Positions 26,681 through 38,600 of a DNA stretch of 64,000 bases are shown here, piece after piece. The stretch spans positions 10,354,001-10,418,000 of the forward strand of contig OZ004612.1 in assembly GCA_963924565.1 (NCBI GenBank), in the 5' to 3' direction. Below the pieces are notes generated by a model. The model did no database searches, was not told the origin of the DNA, and saw nothing but the letters and a program-made list of their open reading frames with translations. The position numbers were made by a program, and so were the translations under genes. This DNA comes from Ascidiella aspersa (lineage: Eukaryota). Each line of letters starts with the position of its first letter. Position 1 is the stretch's first letter.

Positions 26681-29600
26681 ATGGTGAAAATAATATGCGC
26701 GGGTTTACCGAAAACGGGCACGAAGTCGCTCACCAAGGCGCTGACGCGTCTCGGCTACAACAACAGTAAGTCGTATTTCTGCCGTATAAAAAATCGCAAG
26801 ATTATATGCGATGTGTGGTTTAGATTCGGTTTCATCGGTTGCGCTTCGCTACTTTATGGAAGTTTTTAGTTAGGTAAAAATGTTGAAAATTAACGGAAAG
26901 GGAACATAGTTTGCTCTACACTAAATTAAACATTTGAATTGTAAAAAAATTAAACGGGAACACGTTTTACTCATAAAATTACCTTTTCGGTAAACCTTAA
27001 AAAATTGAAAAGTGTAGAGCAACAAAATTTAATATAGATTTTGGAAGAACCTAAAAAAATGAGGTTTAGGACCATACAAACACAAAAGGAGTACAGGGGA
27101 CTTTAAAGGACGGCTGAATCCTGAGCTATAAACTCAGATTCCCTGGGTTTTTATGATTTCTATATACCCGGAATCACTGTGAAATCACAAGAGAGCAAGT
27201 TGATACAATCAGAGCATGTATTCTGAAATCAACAAGTGTTCGCTAAACGCGACAATTAACTTGTTTAGTGATATGCAATTAGGCACAAATTTTATCGCAT
27301 TGTGTTTTAAGGTGTATGTCTTGCCTCGTCAAGCTTTAAACTTTTAATCGATTGACAACACACCATGTCTTGTGTCGAACTGTGATACTTTAAAATCTTG
27401 TGGTGAACATTTTATTTTAACGTTTTACTCAGCCGAGCTGCGCCTTCAGCACAATTAGATCGAAAATATTTAAACTTAAGGTTTACCCAATATAGGAAAA
27501 ACGTTTCTCGCTTACAATGTAAATGTAATTTATGCACCCAAATACTGCCAATTTGCCTGAAATTTGAAAGCACACTTAAAAGAATTTGATGGTAAGTTCT
27601 AGATTAAAAAGAAATTGATTTTCCATTTAAACTTGGTCACAGAAATTTTCACATTATTAATTCTGTCGGGCAACTGGAATAAGTTTATGGCAGAATTCTC
27701 TGTCCCCATATACACGACCTTAATAATTATATACTATCGTGGACAAGGCTATATATAGGCCAGTGGTTCTCAACCGGGGTGCCGCGGCACACTGGGTTGC
27801 CATTTCCAATGCTCAAGGGTGCAGAGAGATATTTTGAGAATCAACTCTTGCAACTTTTTTGTAAAGATTAGTGGAAATAATCCATTTATAACTTCCTACG
27901 CTGTGTAGAGTTGATGTGTGTTGTTTAAGTTCCGTTAACTGTCACATTCTAGTGAATTACCAACGAAAAAGTCTTGTAGGGGTGCCGCTAGCCATAAATG
28001 GCAGAGAAACACTGTCATATGCCTTAGAAACCGTAACGCAATCAGAGTTACTTAAACTCTGGTTCATAGTAAGTAGCTTATATATGGTCTAACAGTATAC
28101 GACTACCTGGAGCACCTCGACTACGGCATGTATGACTACCACGAGTTCATCAAGGGCAAGAAACCGCTCTCGGAAATTATGGACATGTACGAGCGGGAGA
28201 AGGTCGACGTTACGGTCGACATGCCGCCCTCCTTTCTGTTCGAGGAGTTTTACCGCAGGTGGCCCGGTTCAAAGGTTAGAGCGAAGGCTGACGTCATCGC
28301 TGAACTGTTAGCTTTTCTTGTTGCGTGCTTTCACGCGCAAGATGTCAGTTCAAACGGCCAGTACTCTAAAATGGCTGGCTCTTTTGGTTGCCAATTTGAT
28401 TTCGCGTTTTTCTTTCTTTTCTGATACAATTTGTTTTCTTATTTCAAAAACATAACGACATTGCGTATAAGCAAATCCACCTGCAACATTAGGGAGAAAT
28501 TATTTTACCTTCCTACTTAAGGACTGTGCATGTTTTTTAGACCAATTAAGCAATGGGTTAAAAATTACAGCAGATTTTTGACTTAAGGCTGGTTCACACT
28601 AGACGCGTCTAGCGTTAACGTAAAACGTTTTTAAAAAACGCTTTCGGTTGCGGAAAAGTTGAAATATTTCAACTTTAACGCTTTCGGTTGACAACGCGTT
28701 ATGTGTGAACTGGACGACGTTAGCCGTTAGAAGCCAGACGCTATCGCTAGTCGTTAACGCGTCTAGTGTGAACCAGCCTTTAGAGTTAAAACGCTTGTGT
28801 ATTAAACATTTAAATATTTCCTGGCAATTGCAATCATAAAGGAAATATTATAAATTAACGCCGCCTATGTAAAGGAAACATATTTAAAAAATGTTTAGTT
28901 TGCCTGTCCCTCGGCATATTATTACGATACCAGAAATAACTGGACTAAAAGTATCGCGGTTGATAACAATTGACGTCATTAATATTCTCAAACAAGCACA
29001 AATATTAATATTTAAACATTTAAGATAATTTTTGCAAGGTTGTTAGGCACAATTTGCTTTGGCGTTATAAAGTTTAATTACATTTAGTTTTAAATCACCT
29101 TACTATTTTTTATCAGTTCACCTTTCGAGATATAAATCTCTTCAAATCAGCAATTAAAACTACCTGGCATAGGGTTATGGCTACGATTCTATATATTCGG
29201 ATATCCCAATGCCTGAAAATAACATTTCTTACACGGTTAAGAAAAAGGCATACAGCACACGGTTAACCGATACCTCGTGCGTGCGTTGCGCTTATGGTTA
29301 ACTGTGTTTCAGGTCATTTTAACTATAAGGGAGGAGGACCCTTGGTTTGCAAGTATAAAAAAGATGAACAACATGGTCTACACCTACTACCACTGGATGT
29401 CTTTCTTCTCAAGGACAGCCAACGCCTTTGAAACTTACATGCGCAGCTTGTACCAGTGCATGTTTGTAAGTACGATTTAGCGTGTAAGACACAGATAACT
29501 GCGGTATTTTTAAGTTAAAAAGACACAAAAAGTGATAATTACTTTAAGAAAGTTCAGTTAAAAGGGTTGAACACGGTGTTTCAATAGACTAATTTTCCAA

Positions 29601-30717
29601 GTTTTACTTCATAAAAAAATGTAATTGCGGAACACTAAGAAAATTTTCTGGTTTCACATGTGGTTATAACATAGTGAACCAACGTTGACCGTCCAACAAA
29701 GAGAGCATTTAACATATTTCACGTGCTAATGATGTGAGGTGGGCTGTTAGTTTTGTTGGCTGGTTTCCTGGATAAAAAAAATCGCTATTATACAGCAGTC
29801 ATCGGTTATACTATAAACTATATTCATGCTTGTAGAAGCGTAGTATCCAACCGCTCTACACACAAACTTTAAAAGTTTGTATACACACCGGCTATTAATG
29901 TTTCTCTATTTGTTTCGCGCAACAATGTTTAACTAGCTTCTTCGTTTGCCAGATAAGACAAATATAGTGTAAGGGACAACGGGTAATCATTAAACAGGGA
30001 ATGTATTAGTCTTAGATAACGTTAAAATAGTTCGGAAACAAACTATTTATTATTAGATTAAGGCTACCCATTAAAGCTAAATCGGCAATGATAAAATTCG
30101 TTTGTTTTTAGGGAGACGGCCTTGAAAAACCCTGGTTATGGCGTATGCACTACAGGAGACACAATACCTACGTACAAAAAGTTATTCCTAAGGAGGACTT
30201 ACTTGTTTTCGATGTCCAACAGGTAGTAGGTTCATGCTAATCCAACGCTGTTTATATCTATTCAGGCCTACTTTTAATTATTGTATAACATTAAAGCTTT
30301 GGGTAAAAACGTTTTTCTTAAAAGTATGGTATCCGTCAAAGACAACAAATATTTTTAAAACAAGACAACAAAAGTTGGGAAAAGAAGACTTTAGTAATAA
30401 ATGTACACTTGTCACGATAACAGCGTAGAAAGATACCATAGGTACTAATGTAGTGTTTTACAACAAAATCACATTTTCCCACTATGTACCTGATTTAATA
30501 GGGCTGGGAACCACTGTGCAAGTTTCTCGGTAAGCCAGTTCCCGATGAAGAGTTTCCGTTTGTCAACGCTGCTGGTTCAAAAGGAAACATTGTAGAGAAA
30601 TTGCTTAGTGAAACAAAATTGGCGCGACAAGCTAAAGTTGAAATAATCTTTAGCATAACGTTATACATCTTATTGGCGTGTCTGCTCGGCTTTGGATGGA
30701 TAAATATGTTTTATTGA
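26681..30717 (+). CDS. Sulfotransferase-like P-loop protein (Sulfotransfer_4 type) with C-terminal TM, ~247 aa, 5 exons
   Basis: Exons 26681-26765, 28096-28274, 29313-29465, 30112-30222, 30502-30717, phase-consistent. Family motifs KIICAGLPKTGTKSLTKALTRLG, DxP, KVILTIR...W..S, HN..V...IP...LL, GWEPLCKFLGKPVP...FP..N; hydrophobic C-terminus. Confidence 0.9.
27761..28014. mobile_element. hAT MITE
   Basis: CAGTGGTTCTCAACCGGGGTGCCGCGGCACAC ... GAGAAACACTG termini. Confidence 0.7.
28586..28779. mobile_element. PIF/Harbinger (Tourist-like) MITE
   Basis: Perfect 23-bp TIR AGGCTGGTTCACACTAGACGCGT; 3-bp TSD TTA on both sides; central palindrome AAAGTTGAAATATTTCAACTTT between two AACGCTTTCGGTTG repeats. 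Confidence 0.9.
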
Positions 30718-31738
30718 CACGTTTTTCTTGTATCAAGTCCATAAGTTGTACAAGTGTTGACTTGCTTTTCTATTTTTAACTTATTGTATTTTTATTTTAA
30801 ACTAGGCTATACATCAACAGTAACCGCAGTGGGGTCATTTAAAAAAGTGTTTACGTTTCATATGTTGTCACGTTGCAAATGTTAACGCTGAAAACATAAT
30901 AAAAAGCAAATAACAGTAAAATAAACCGTTGCTACTCCAGATTGTGTAGAAAGCCTACCACTGTTGTTATTACAATGACTATATACACGTGTTTGTGCGA
31001 AATTGATTGCTTATTCCTTGTTGGCTTTAATCGCGCACATTTCAGCTCACATTGTATGGATTTGTCGAAAGCATATGTTTTTATCTATTTTTATTGTCAT
31101 ATACTGTATTATGTTTCATGAATAAATCACCCATCAAATTCTGATGTCCAACGTGTCACCGACGTCTGCCGACCCTATTGTTGCAGAAACGCCTGTCAAC
31201 CTCTCGATCCTTTTTTGCTACAAGTGTTTTACAAATACTAACAGTGGTTACTAAAAACACTTACATATTTTAACAGAAAAGACAGAAATATAAAGAATGC
31301 AAACAGCCTTCAGCAGCAGTCTAGTCCTCTAGTTGGACGCCGATTTTCCGAAATGTATCCTTGCCATTGATATTGCTGGGCATACTATGATAATTAGTTG
31401 AACATTCGTTTTCACAAAAATTAGCAAAAATTCATTAATAACCAACATAGAACTTAGTTTTAAATAAAATATCGCATCTGGTAATGCGAAAAAAAATTGC
31501 TAGTCAATTTAATGTGCTGATTTGCGATTCCAGGCAGCTCAGGAATTACGATTTAAGTTTAAATGCTGGTGCCAATGTAAACAAACAAGCGTGCCAAATT
31601 GCGTAGTAAAACTTTACGCGGTTGTAAAAGGTGTGTTTTATTGTAGTTGAAGCAAAATACTTGCAAATAGTATTTGGCATAAAAACATTTATAAAATTCA
31701 GTATTTCCATGTTTTGCAGTAATTATTGAAGCATCGAA

Positions 31739-34700
31739 ATGCAGTTTTCGACTGAATATACCTGGCTAACGTTTGGCGGATTGGCAGCCACGGTGGTTAC
31801 TTTCCTGTTAATTGTTATCACACACACCGCTTATCGCTACATTTACGATCGTAAAAAGGAAAAGCCGTCGGTCCCTGTGCGAAAACCGGACGAAAGCCTC
31901 ACCCAATGCGTCAAAAGAATATACAGCAAAGAGCATTTAAACGAAGTTGGCAAGTGTGCCTTGTTACTGGACAATTTTGGCAAAGGAGATGGCAGTGACG
32001 TTAGCCATGTAAGATAGGAACTGCCGTTTATTAAACTTAAAGTTGCTGTAAACTAAATAATTTATCCTAATAATCAAGGTGATTTGATTGATACTAATAC
32101 TATGAGTATAGCAGTTCGCATCTTTGTTCTTGGTTTAAATGCTTTTACAATGTACAACCATTTAAACTTGCCTTTTTTAATCAGAAAGCTCTGCAGAAAC
32201 CAAAAATAATTGAAGCTAAACAAGATGATGACATACCTTGTCCACAAGAATATGAGGAGGTATGTATAATTTATTGTGTTAAATACACTTTTACCTGTGT
32301 TTCTAAACAGCTGATTTTAATGTTTTTCCGGAAAAATATTTTTAAAAATCAGCCAAAATCATTTGGGTTAAGGTTTGTATAGCAATCTTGAACCCTTTAA
32401 AGATAATTTTTATAATGATTTCAGATTGACATTTACGACTTGTTATCTGATGATATTGTTATTGAAGAAGAGGAAGCAGAAGATGACAGTGATGAAATTA
32501 GTCCACAGGTTATTACAACAAAAAAAACATAGTTTTCAATTAATACAGATATTTTTCCTTTGTTGTCACAAGGTTTAATTACAATACACAGATTTATCTG
32601 TTATATGGGTTCTGTCCAGGTTTTTATATTTTTGTTTGACATAACTTCAATAAAAATATAAAAGCCATAATATTTGATAAAAGTGACATTTCCCTATTTA
32701 CAGACGTTTCAGCAATAACTCATGCCATCATCAGTGTAAAAATCAAGTGAAGATGCGAAAATGTCGCTTTTATCAAATTTTATGGCTTTTATATTTTTAT
32801 TGAAGTTACTAAAAAAACCTGTGTATTGTGTTCCAATGTTTGACATAATTATGTGAAATACATTTCTGTTTAACAACACAGGCAATGGCGGATATTGAGG
32901 CTGAAATGCTAAACACAAGTATGTTGTCATCTGGAAGCCAAGAAAATGATGAAATAGCTACAGGTGAAATAAAATAATTCATTTTGTCAGTGAGGTGGCT
33001 ATTATGTACCACAAAACAACAAAATCGATTTTTTTTATGTTTAAAGATGAAACACCTAAAGAGTCAATAGAGGTCTTAGAAAAGAAAACATCTGTTGAAA
33101 AAGATCAAAATGAAGCTGATTTAGGTAAAATATATACACATATTTAGGAAAACTACATTTAAGTCACTTAATCTCATTTGAAGCTGGAAAATATATAACA
33201 TTATAGTTATTTTAAGTTCACCACTTTCACATGTTAACAAAATCAAAAACTGTAAGTTTTTATCTTAGGTCTGAAAGCTTTTTTGAAAGTATTATGATAA
33301 GTTTGTAATACCATAATTGGTTTACTTATTTTAGGTTATAAGTTACTTAGACCTTTACCAAAAATTATAACTTCTATATAGATTTAAAAAAAGTTTATGT
33401 ATATACATTTTAAACAGTGATAAGTTAAATACATTTCTTCTTTGTTAGATGCAACAAGCAGCACAGACGATGGTGAAGATGTTTTATATGAAGAAGAAGT
33501 TGTTGTTAACCAAGGTTATTATATAATTATGCTTTTTATGTCAATTTTAAACTGCTAAGATATTATAACAAATTTTGTACAGTCCTTTTGAGACTATATA
33601 TTTTAGATTTTGTATCGAACTAAATAGATACAAGTTAGTAAGGATTACTAATATTGTAGTTAGTGTGTATTTACCAGGGCTGTGAAGTCGGGTAAAAACA
33701 ATAATAGAGTCTGGCTCCAGGCAAAATGTGCTGAATTTGCCAAATTCAAAGAAAGACTCCAACTCTCCAGCCTATATTTCACCTATTTATGTGACTAACA
33801 GCATTCCACTTATAGGGGTGTTATAATATAATTCACCAACCCACCCATACATGATTGGCAAATGTCCTACCACATGCTGTTCTCCATCTTTACAATTTAA
33901 AGTTTGCAGCCTTATCAGTCTTGCAACTTGGTACAGCGTATGGCTTGTCAGACTAAGTAGTCTTACTCGAGTCCCAGCAGAACAAACCTACCCCTACAAG
34001 TCTGGACTCCACAGCCCTGGTGTGTTAGTACAATTAAACCGAAATATTTCAATTTTTTAATAATTTCAACCTTGATCACCTTGGACAGTCAGTTATTGCA
34101 GCGGATTATACATTAATTTATAGCTTTGAGGATAGCAAACAGTGCAGTGACAGTTGCACTTAGCGAGCTTGGTATGGAGAGTTTAATAAGAGTGGCATAC
34201 AGCGAGGAAAACTTAACTGAAGCAGAGAAAACTAGGAAAAAAGACAAACTGGTGTTTGAAGCAACAGGGGACACAAGAAGTACAGAAGTTTTACGAAACT
34301 GCCAGGATCTTGTGGCCAGTTGTCTTGTAAGAAAGGCTATTTGGGTTGGAAGGAAAGAGTTCCAGGGTTGGTAATTTGATATAGCTTTTAAATAGCGTTT
34401 CTTTTTGAGTTCAACTTATAATTGAAACAGTAAGATAGATGGTTTTTGATGAAAAATACAATCCATAAAATAGATTTTATTTATATGACTTTCTAAACTA
34501 AATCCATTATAAACTTTATGATTTTTTATTTAATTAATAAAAAAATTATTTTGGACAATTGCTTTACAAATTACTTATTGCAATTAAAATTCTAAAATTC
34601 AAACCACACCACAATTTACTGGATGTATTTTAATGCTTATTCGTGCAGATGAAAAACGTTTGATGGACATGTGTGGATGCGGCTTTGCCAATCCAGGACT

Positions 34701-35276
34701 TACAAAGAAAAACACGGAGGCAATTCCTAAACTCACCAAAGAAGAAATGGCGGAAGAAAAACGGTAACTTTGCTATATGTTTCACAACTTACATAGTTTG
34801 TCTAAAACAGTGGTTCCAAACCTATAGAGTTGTTTTTATGCCAAATATTGACCAAACAGTTTGAATTTTGGTATACAATGTATCAAAAAAAGTATTTATT
34901 TTCTGACATAATGCAAACCATACTGTTTCAACCACTTTAATGGCAGCATTACAGTAAATCGCTTAACAAAAATATGCTAGTAAGTTGGCATAATCTATTT
35001 ATACTTTCTGTATGCTGCTGAATGTCACAAAACTTAAAAACGCTCACTACGGGCCTAAACGTTTGTTAAACCAAGGCCGAGTGCTGAGTGAGTAATCCGT
35101 TAAACGTTTACCGTATTTTAATCCACCGTTGAACGTTTACCATATTTTAATCCAACAGAGCCCAGGAAAACCAGCTAAGCCACATCCTAAAACTAATGCA
35201 AGAGCATCCGGATTTGTTTGGCAGCATGCAGGAGACTGACATGGTGGAGCAAGCCTCATTATACTGCCCCCCTTAG
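31739..35276 (+). CDS. MXRA7: MXRA7-like protein, ~376 aa, 9 exons; N-terminal TM, acidic middle, conserved C-terminal helical domain
   Basis: Exons 31739-32008, 32185-32259, 32425-32508, 32882-32963, 33047-33124, 33449-33514, 34124-34366, 34649-34763, 35159-35276, phase-consistent. The C-terminus LTKEEMAEEKRAQENQLSHILKLMQEHPDLFGSMQETDMVEQASLY matches the MXRA7 C-terminal signature as I recall it (MTKEELEEEQRVQKEQL..IF.LM......FG.M...D..EQ..LY). Confidence 0.8.
32697..32740 (-). ncRNA. Minimal type I hammerhead ribozyme motif (Penelope-type), canonical core
   Basis: TTTACA-CTGATGA-T-GGCA(TGAGTTAT)TGCT-GAAA-CG-TC^TGTAAA: 6-bp stem I, 4-bp stem II, GUC site; lies inside a ~50-bp inverted repeat (32642-32693 / 32757-32808). 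Confidence 0.75.
33675..34019. mobile_element. hAT-like MITE
   Basis: TIR CAGGGCTGTGAAGTC/GACTCCACAGCCCTG; no clear TSD. Confidence 0.65.
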
Positions 35277-35648
35277 AAAACCATTAGAATCGTTTCTTTA
35301 AATATCGCCCAATCAAGTGCTGTTCAATGTTATTGCTGCCACACAGTGTGTCTGTGGAAATTTTGTTAAACGTTCCTGTTGGTGTTTTTATTATACGCGG
35401 TCTCCTCGTACAGGTTACAACACAACTCTAGCATTCACATCTATACTAGAAGCATTGCAATTATTATTTTGATTCCTTGTAGTTTTCCTACCAATGTAGA
35501 CAACAGCAGGTTGTTCTTGTTCATATATACATTTTATGGTACGACCTCAATGTTGGACAGCTGCTGGCCGTTTTTCGTTGTTCTGTTGTCATCTTGCCAC
35601 TGTTTTTTGTTTGTTTTTCGTTAATGTCAAAATAAAGTAGTATTTTCT

Positions 35649-38600
35649 TTACTTCTTTCTGCCTCCTCTTTCCTTGACTTGCAGCACGATTACAGAACGA
35701 CCAGTCACGTTGTAGAAGGCGAGTGAATTGGAGTCTTTGATGAACAAGCCCTTCATTGAAAGCAAGGTGTTGAGCGTTAATATTACTGTTAAACCATTTG
35801 GTTATTATATACCAATGACACGCAAACATTCGCGGTGTGCCGGATTTGTTTTACTTGCGTTCTGAAAAACAGTGTTACGTCCGTTCGGCGCGAGTCAAAA
35901 TTTAACATAGTTTAAAGTTAAACTAAACAACGAAGTGATCAGAGCGTCTGAACTATTCAACAAAGGTGTTCAAACTTTATACCAAAGCGGAATGGGAGAT
36001 TATCAATTCTCTTAAAACCCCGACATATCCTCGGTTCGCAGTTTATAAATGTTAACTTGGCTGCTGTTTCAAAATATAAATTAGGCAAAAAACTAGCACG
36101 GTTGTCCAGTTTTATTTTCTAGAACCTCCCAGAGACCCTGATCTACTATCGTATAGGAGTACAATGTTCAAGACTTGACCGACTAAAGATATTTTAGTAA
36201 GACCATAAGACCTATAAGTAATTTACATCTTCGGCGCATTAAGTAATGAAACGTTCCGCCCTTGGTTGCCTTGAATATTTAATTATGGGGTTCATTTGAC
36301 ATATATTTTGTAGGTTTGCCGCCGATTATTATTCTGGGAGGGTGCCGCAAGTAAAAAAGGTTGCTGAGCATTGTTATAAACTATGCTTTATGTTTAAACG
36401 CCTTTTGAATTCAATCCTAGCTAAAATACTCTGTTGAAAAACATTCTTTAGAATTTAGATGGTAATCCACAACAGTAAAGGAAAAGGGCTACGTTTGGCA
36501 AAACAACGCCGCTTAAGCCCCTTGATTTTGATGCCTAAATCCTTACTTTTAAAGTGAAAAAGGGTGCTCAGGAAATGACAGATCCTCTACATTAAATTCA
36601 AACGTCCCGCCCAAAGAAGTCCGAAGGGTTCGGCCACCCTTAGCTACAGCAAAACTACAAGTATTAAAAGTTACAAAACTAACGTCGAGCTGTAGCTTTT
36701 GTTTTCCAGATGGCATTCCGGTGGCTTCGTGGATCTTAGCTTTGATGACAGAAACCTAAAAAAAACGGGAAAAATAAGTAATTATAGACTTCAACAAACC
36801 TGACAGGACTTCGGTGTTTTTTTTTACAGAATTATGTGTCTTGTTTTAAATAAATTCATAAGGGGGAGCTGTCTTCGGGAAAAAAATGTCAGAAAAAAAA
36901 ATGAAACTAGTATATCAGCTAACACTTATATGGGTTTACATAAAAAATAAATTTCGGATGGTTAAAAATATATATGTATATTGTATAACCTTGGTCAAAC
37001 AAAAGGTTTAAAACTAGCAGATGTCAAGTAAATAAACTCCCCGAGTAAACTGTAATAGAAAGACAGTCCTTCTTAAAGTTTGGTCCGCTTAGCAGTTTTA
37101 GGGAAACAAGTGTCGTCATAACAAGCGCGACGCCCTAAAATTGCTCAAAAGTCGTTAAACAGTGAAGCCGAGTAACTCACCAAATATTCCAAGAAAAAGT
37201 TAAGAATTATTACCTACGCAAAATATTGTCAAAAAACGGACCTGAGAAATTTGGCTCTCAAACTGAATAACTATTGGATAGCCGCTACGGCAGATTGCAT
37301 CAGTTGACCGCTAACTTACCTCGTCAGTGAGCGGCAGTGCGAATGTAAGCATTTGTCCTTGCAGCTTCCACTCGGATTTGTCAGGCAGGTTCGGGCATTG
37401 CACGCGGAACTGGGCAGGACCACTGGATAAAAGGCAAGGAGGAAATTTGACAAAAAGTTGACCCAATTAACAACAACAAACAACACATCCATTTAAAATG
37501 ATTCGGAAAAAAAATTGTAAAATAGTTTTGCTTTAATTGCAAATCTCAAACGTGCAACCAGTGGAACCAATTTTATGCGAAAAAGAGAGCGGAGTTCGGT
37601 ATTACACAATGAAAAAATAACTGGTGAAAAAATAATATTCTTAAATAAATATTTTTCGCATGTTTGTAATGTACACCTTTAATTTAAGTCCAAATTAGGT
37701 CCAGGTACAGACTTTGTAAGTCACAAAAACCTGTTAAACTAAGTAAACACACATACCTGTTTTGCTGCAAGAATATGTTGGCTGGTATCAGGTCGGCCTC
37801 GGTCCTCGCCCGCTTTGCTTGTGGCGGCCCGTCCATCATGTGTTGCTGGTGGTGCAGCTGCATAGGCTGGAGCATGCGCGGCTGGTGTACGATGTTGGTC
37901 TGCACCATCATCTGTGGACGCTGTACCGCGACTAAAAACAATGGCGGAGAGTTGGTTTAAGGCCTGTGTTTCTTGACCTTTTCATGTTAGGGCGAACTTG
38001 TGGAGCTTTGAAAGAGTGGTGGCGCACCTGGCGAGCGAAGTGAGCGCGATTTTGGGGGGAATACTAAGTATTTCTTTTAAATTGCCGGCAAGTTTGTTGT
38101 TACATAGACCTTTTAGTAACATTCTCTGTTGTATTTTAAACTCGACGAACTAAGTGCGACTCAAAATAGGATCGACGTTAGATTTGGCTGGCGCGCCGAC
38201 TGTAGTACTTGGTTAGATTTAACGGGATTGGTTCTTGGCAAGATCTCTCTAAAACGTGAGAAAACTGATGAAGAAAACGAAGACATGGCTCATATATTTA
38301 AATTCCAATTAATTTAACTTATTTGTCTTATTCAGTTTAGAGAAGTGGATCGTCAAAGCTCCGCTCTTATACATAATTTAATAAAATACTGAGCTAAGCC
38401 AAAAGACAAGGAATTTTTGTTTTCATTTTCTTTTGGCACAATACTAAACGCACTTAATAAGAATATCAAAGCCCATACAAAAGCAGGTATCATTTTGAAC
38501 GTTTCGAACAACTCTTTATTAATTCTCAATAGCTATGTTGAAAATGAATAAAGAGTTATTCGAAACGTTCAAAATGATACCTGCTTCTGTATGGGCTTTG

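Noticed and set aside
36420-36660. Possible snoRNA or poison exon in the last SF3A1 intron
   Set aside because: No convincing C/D or H/ACA boxes or paired splice sites by eye.
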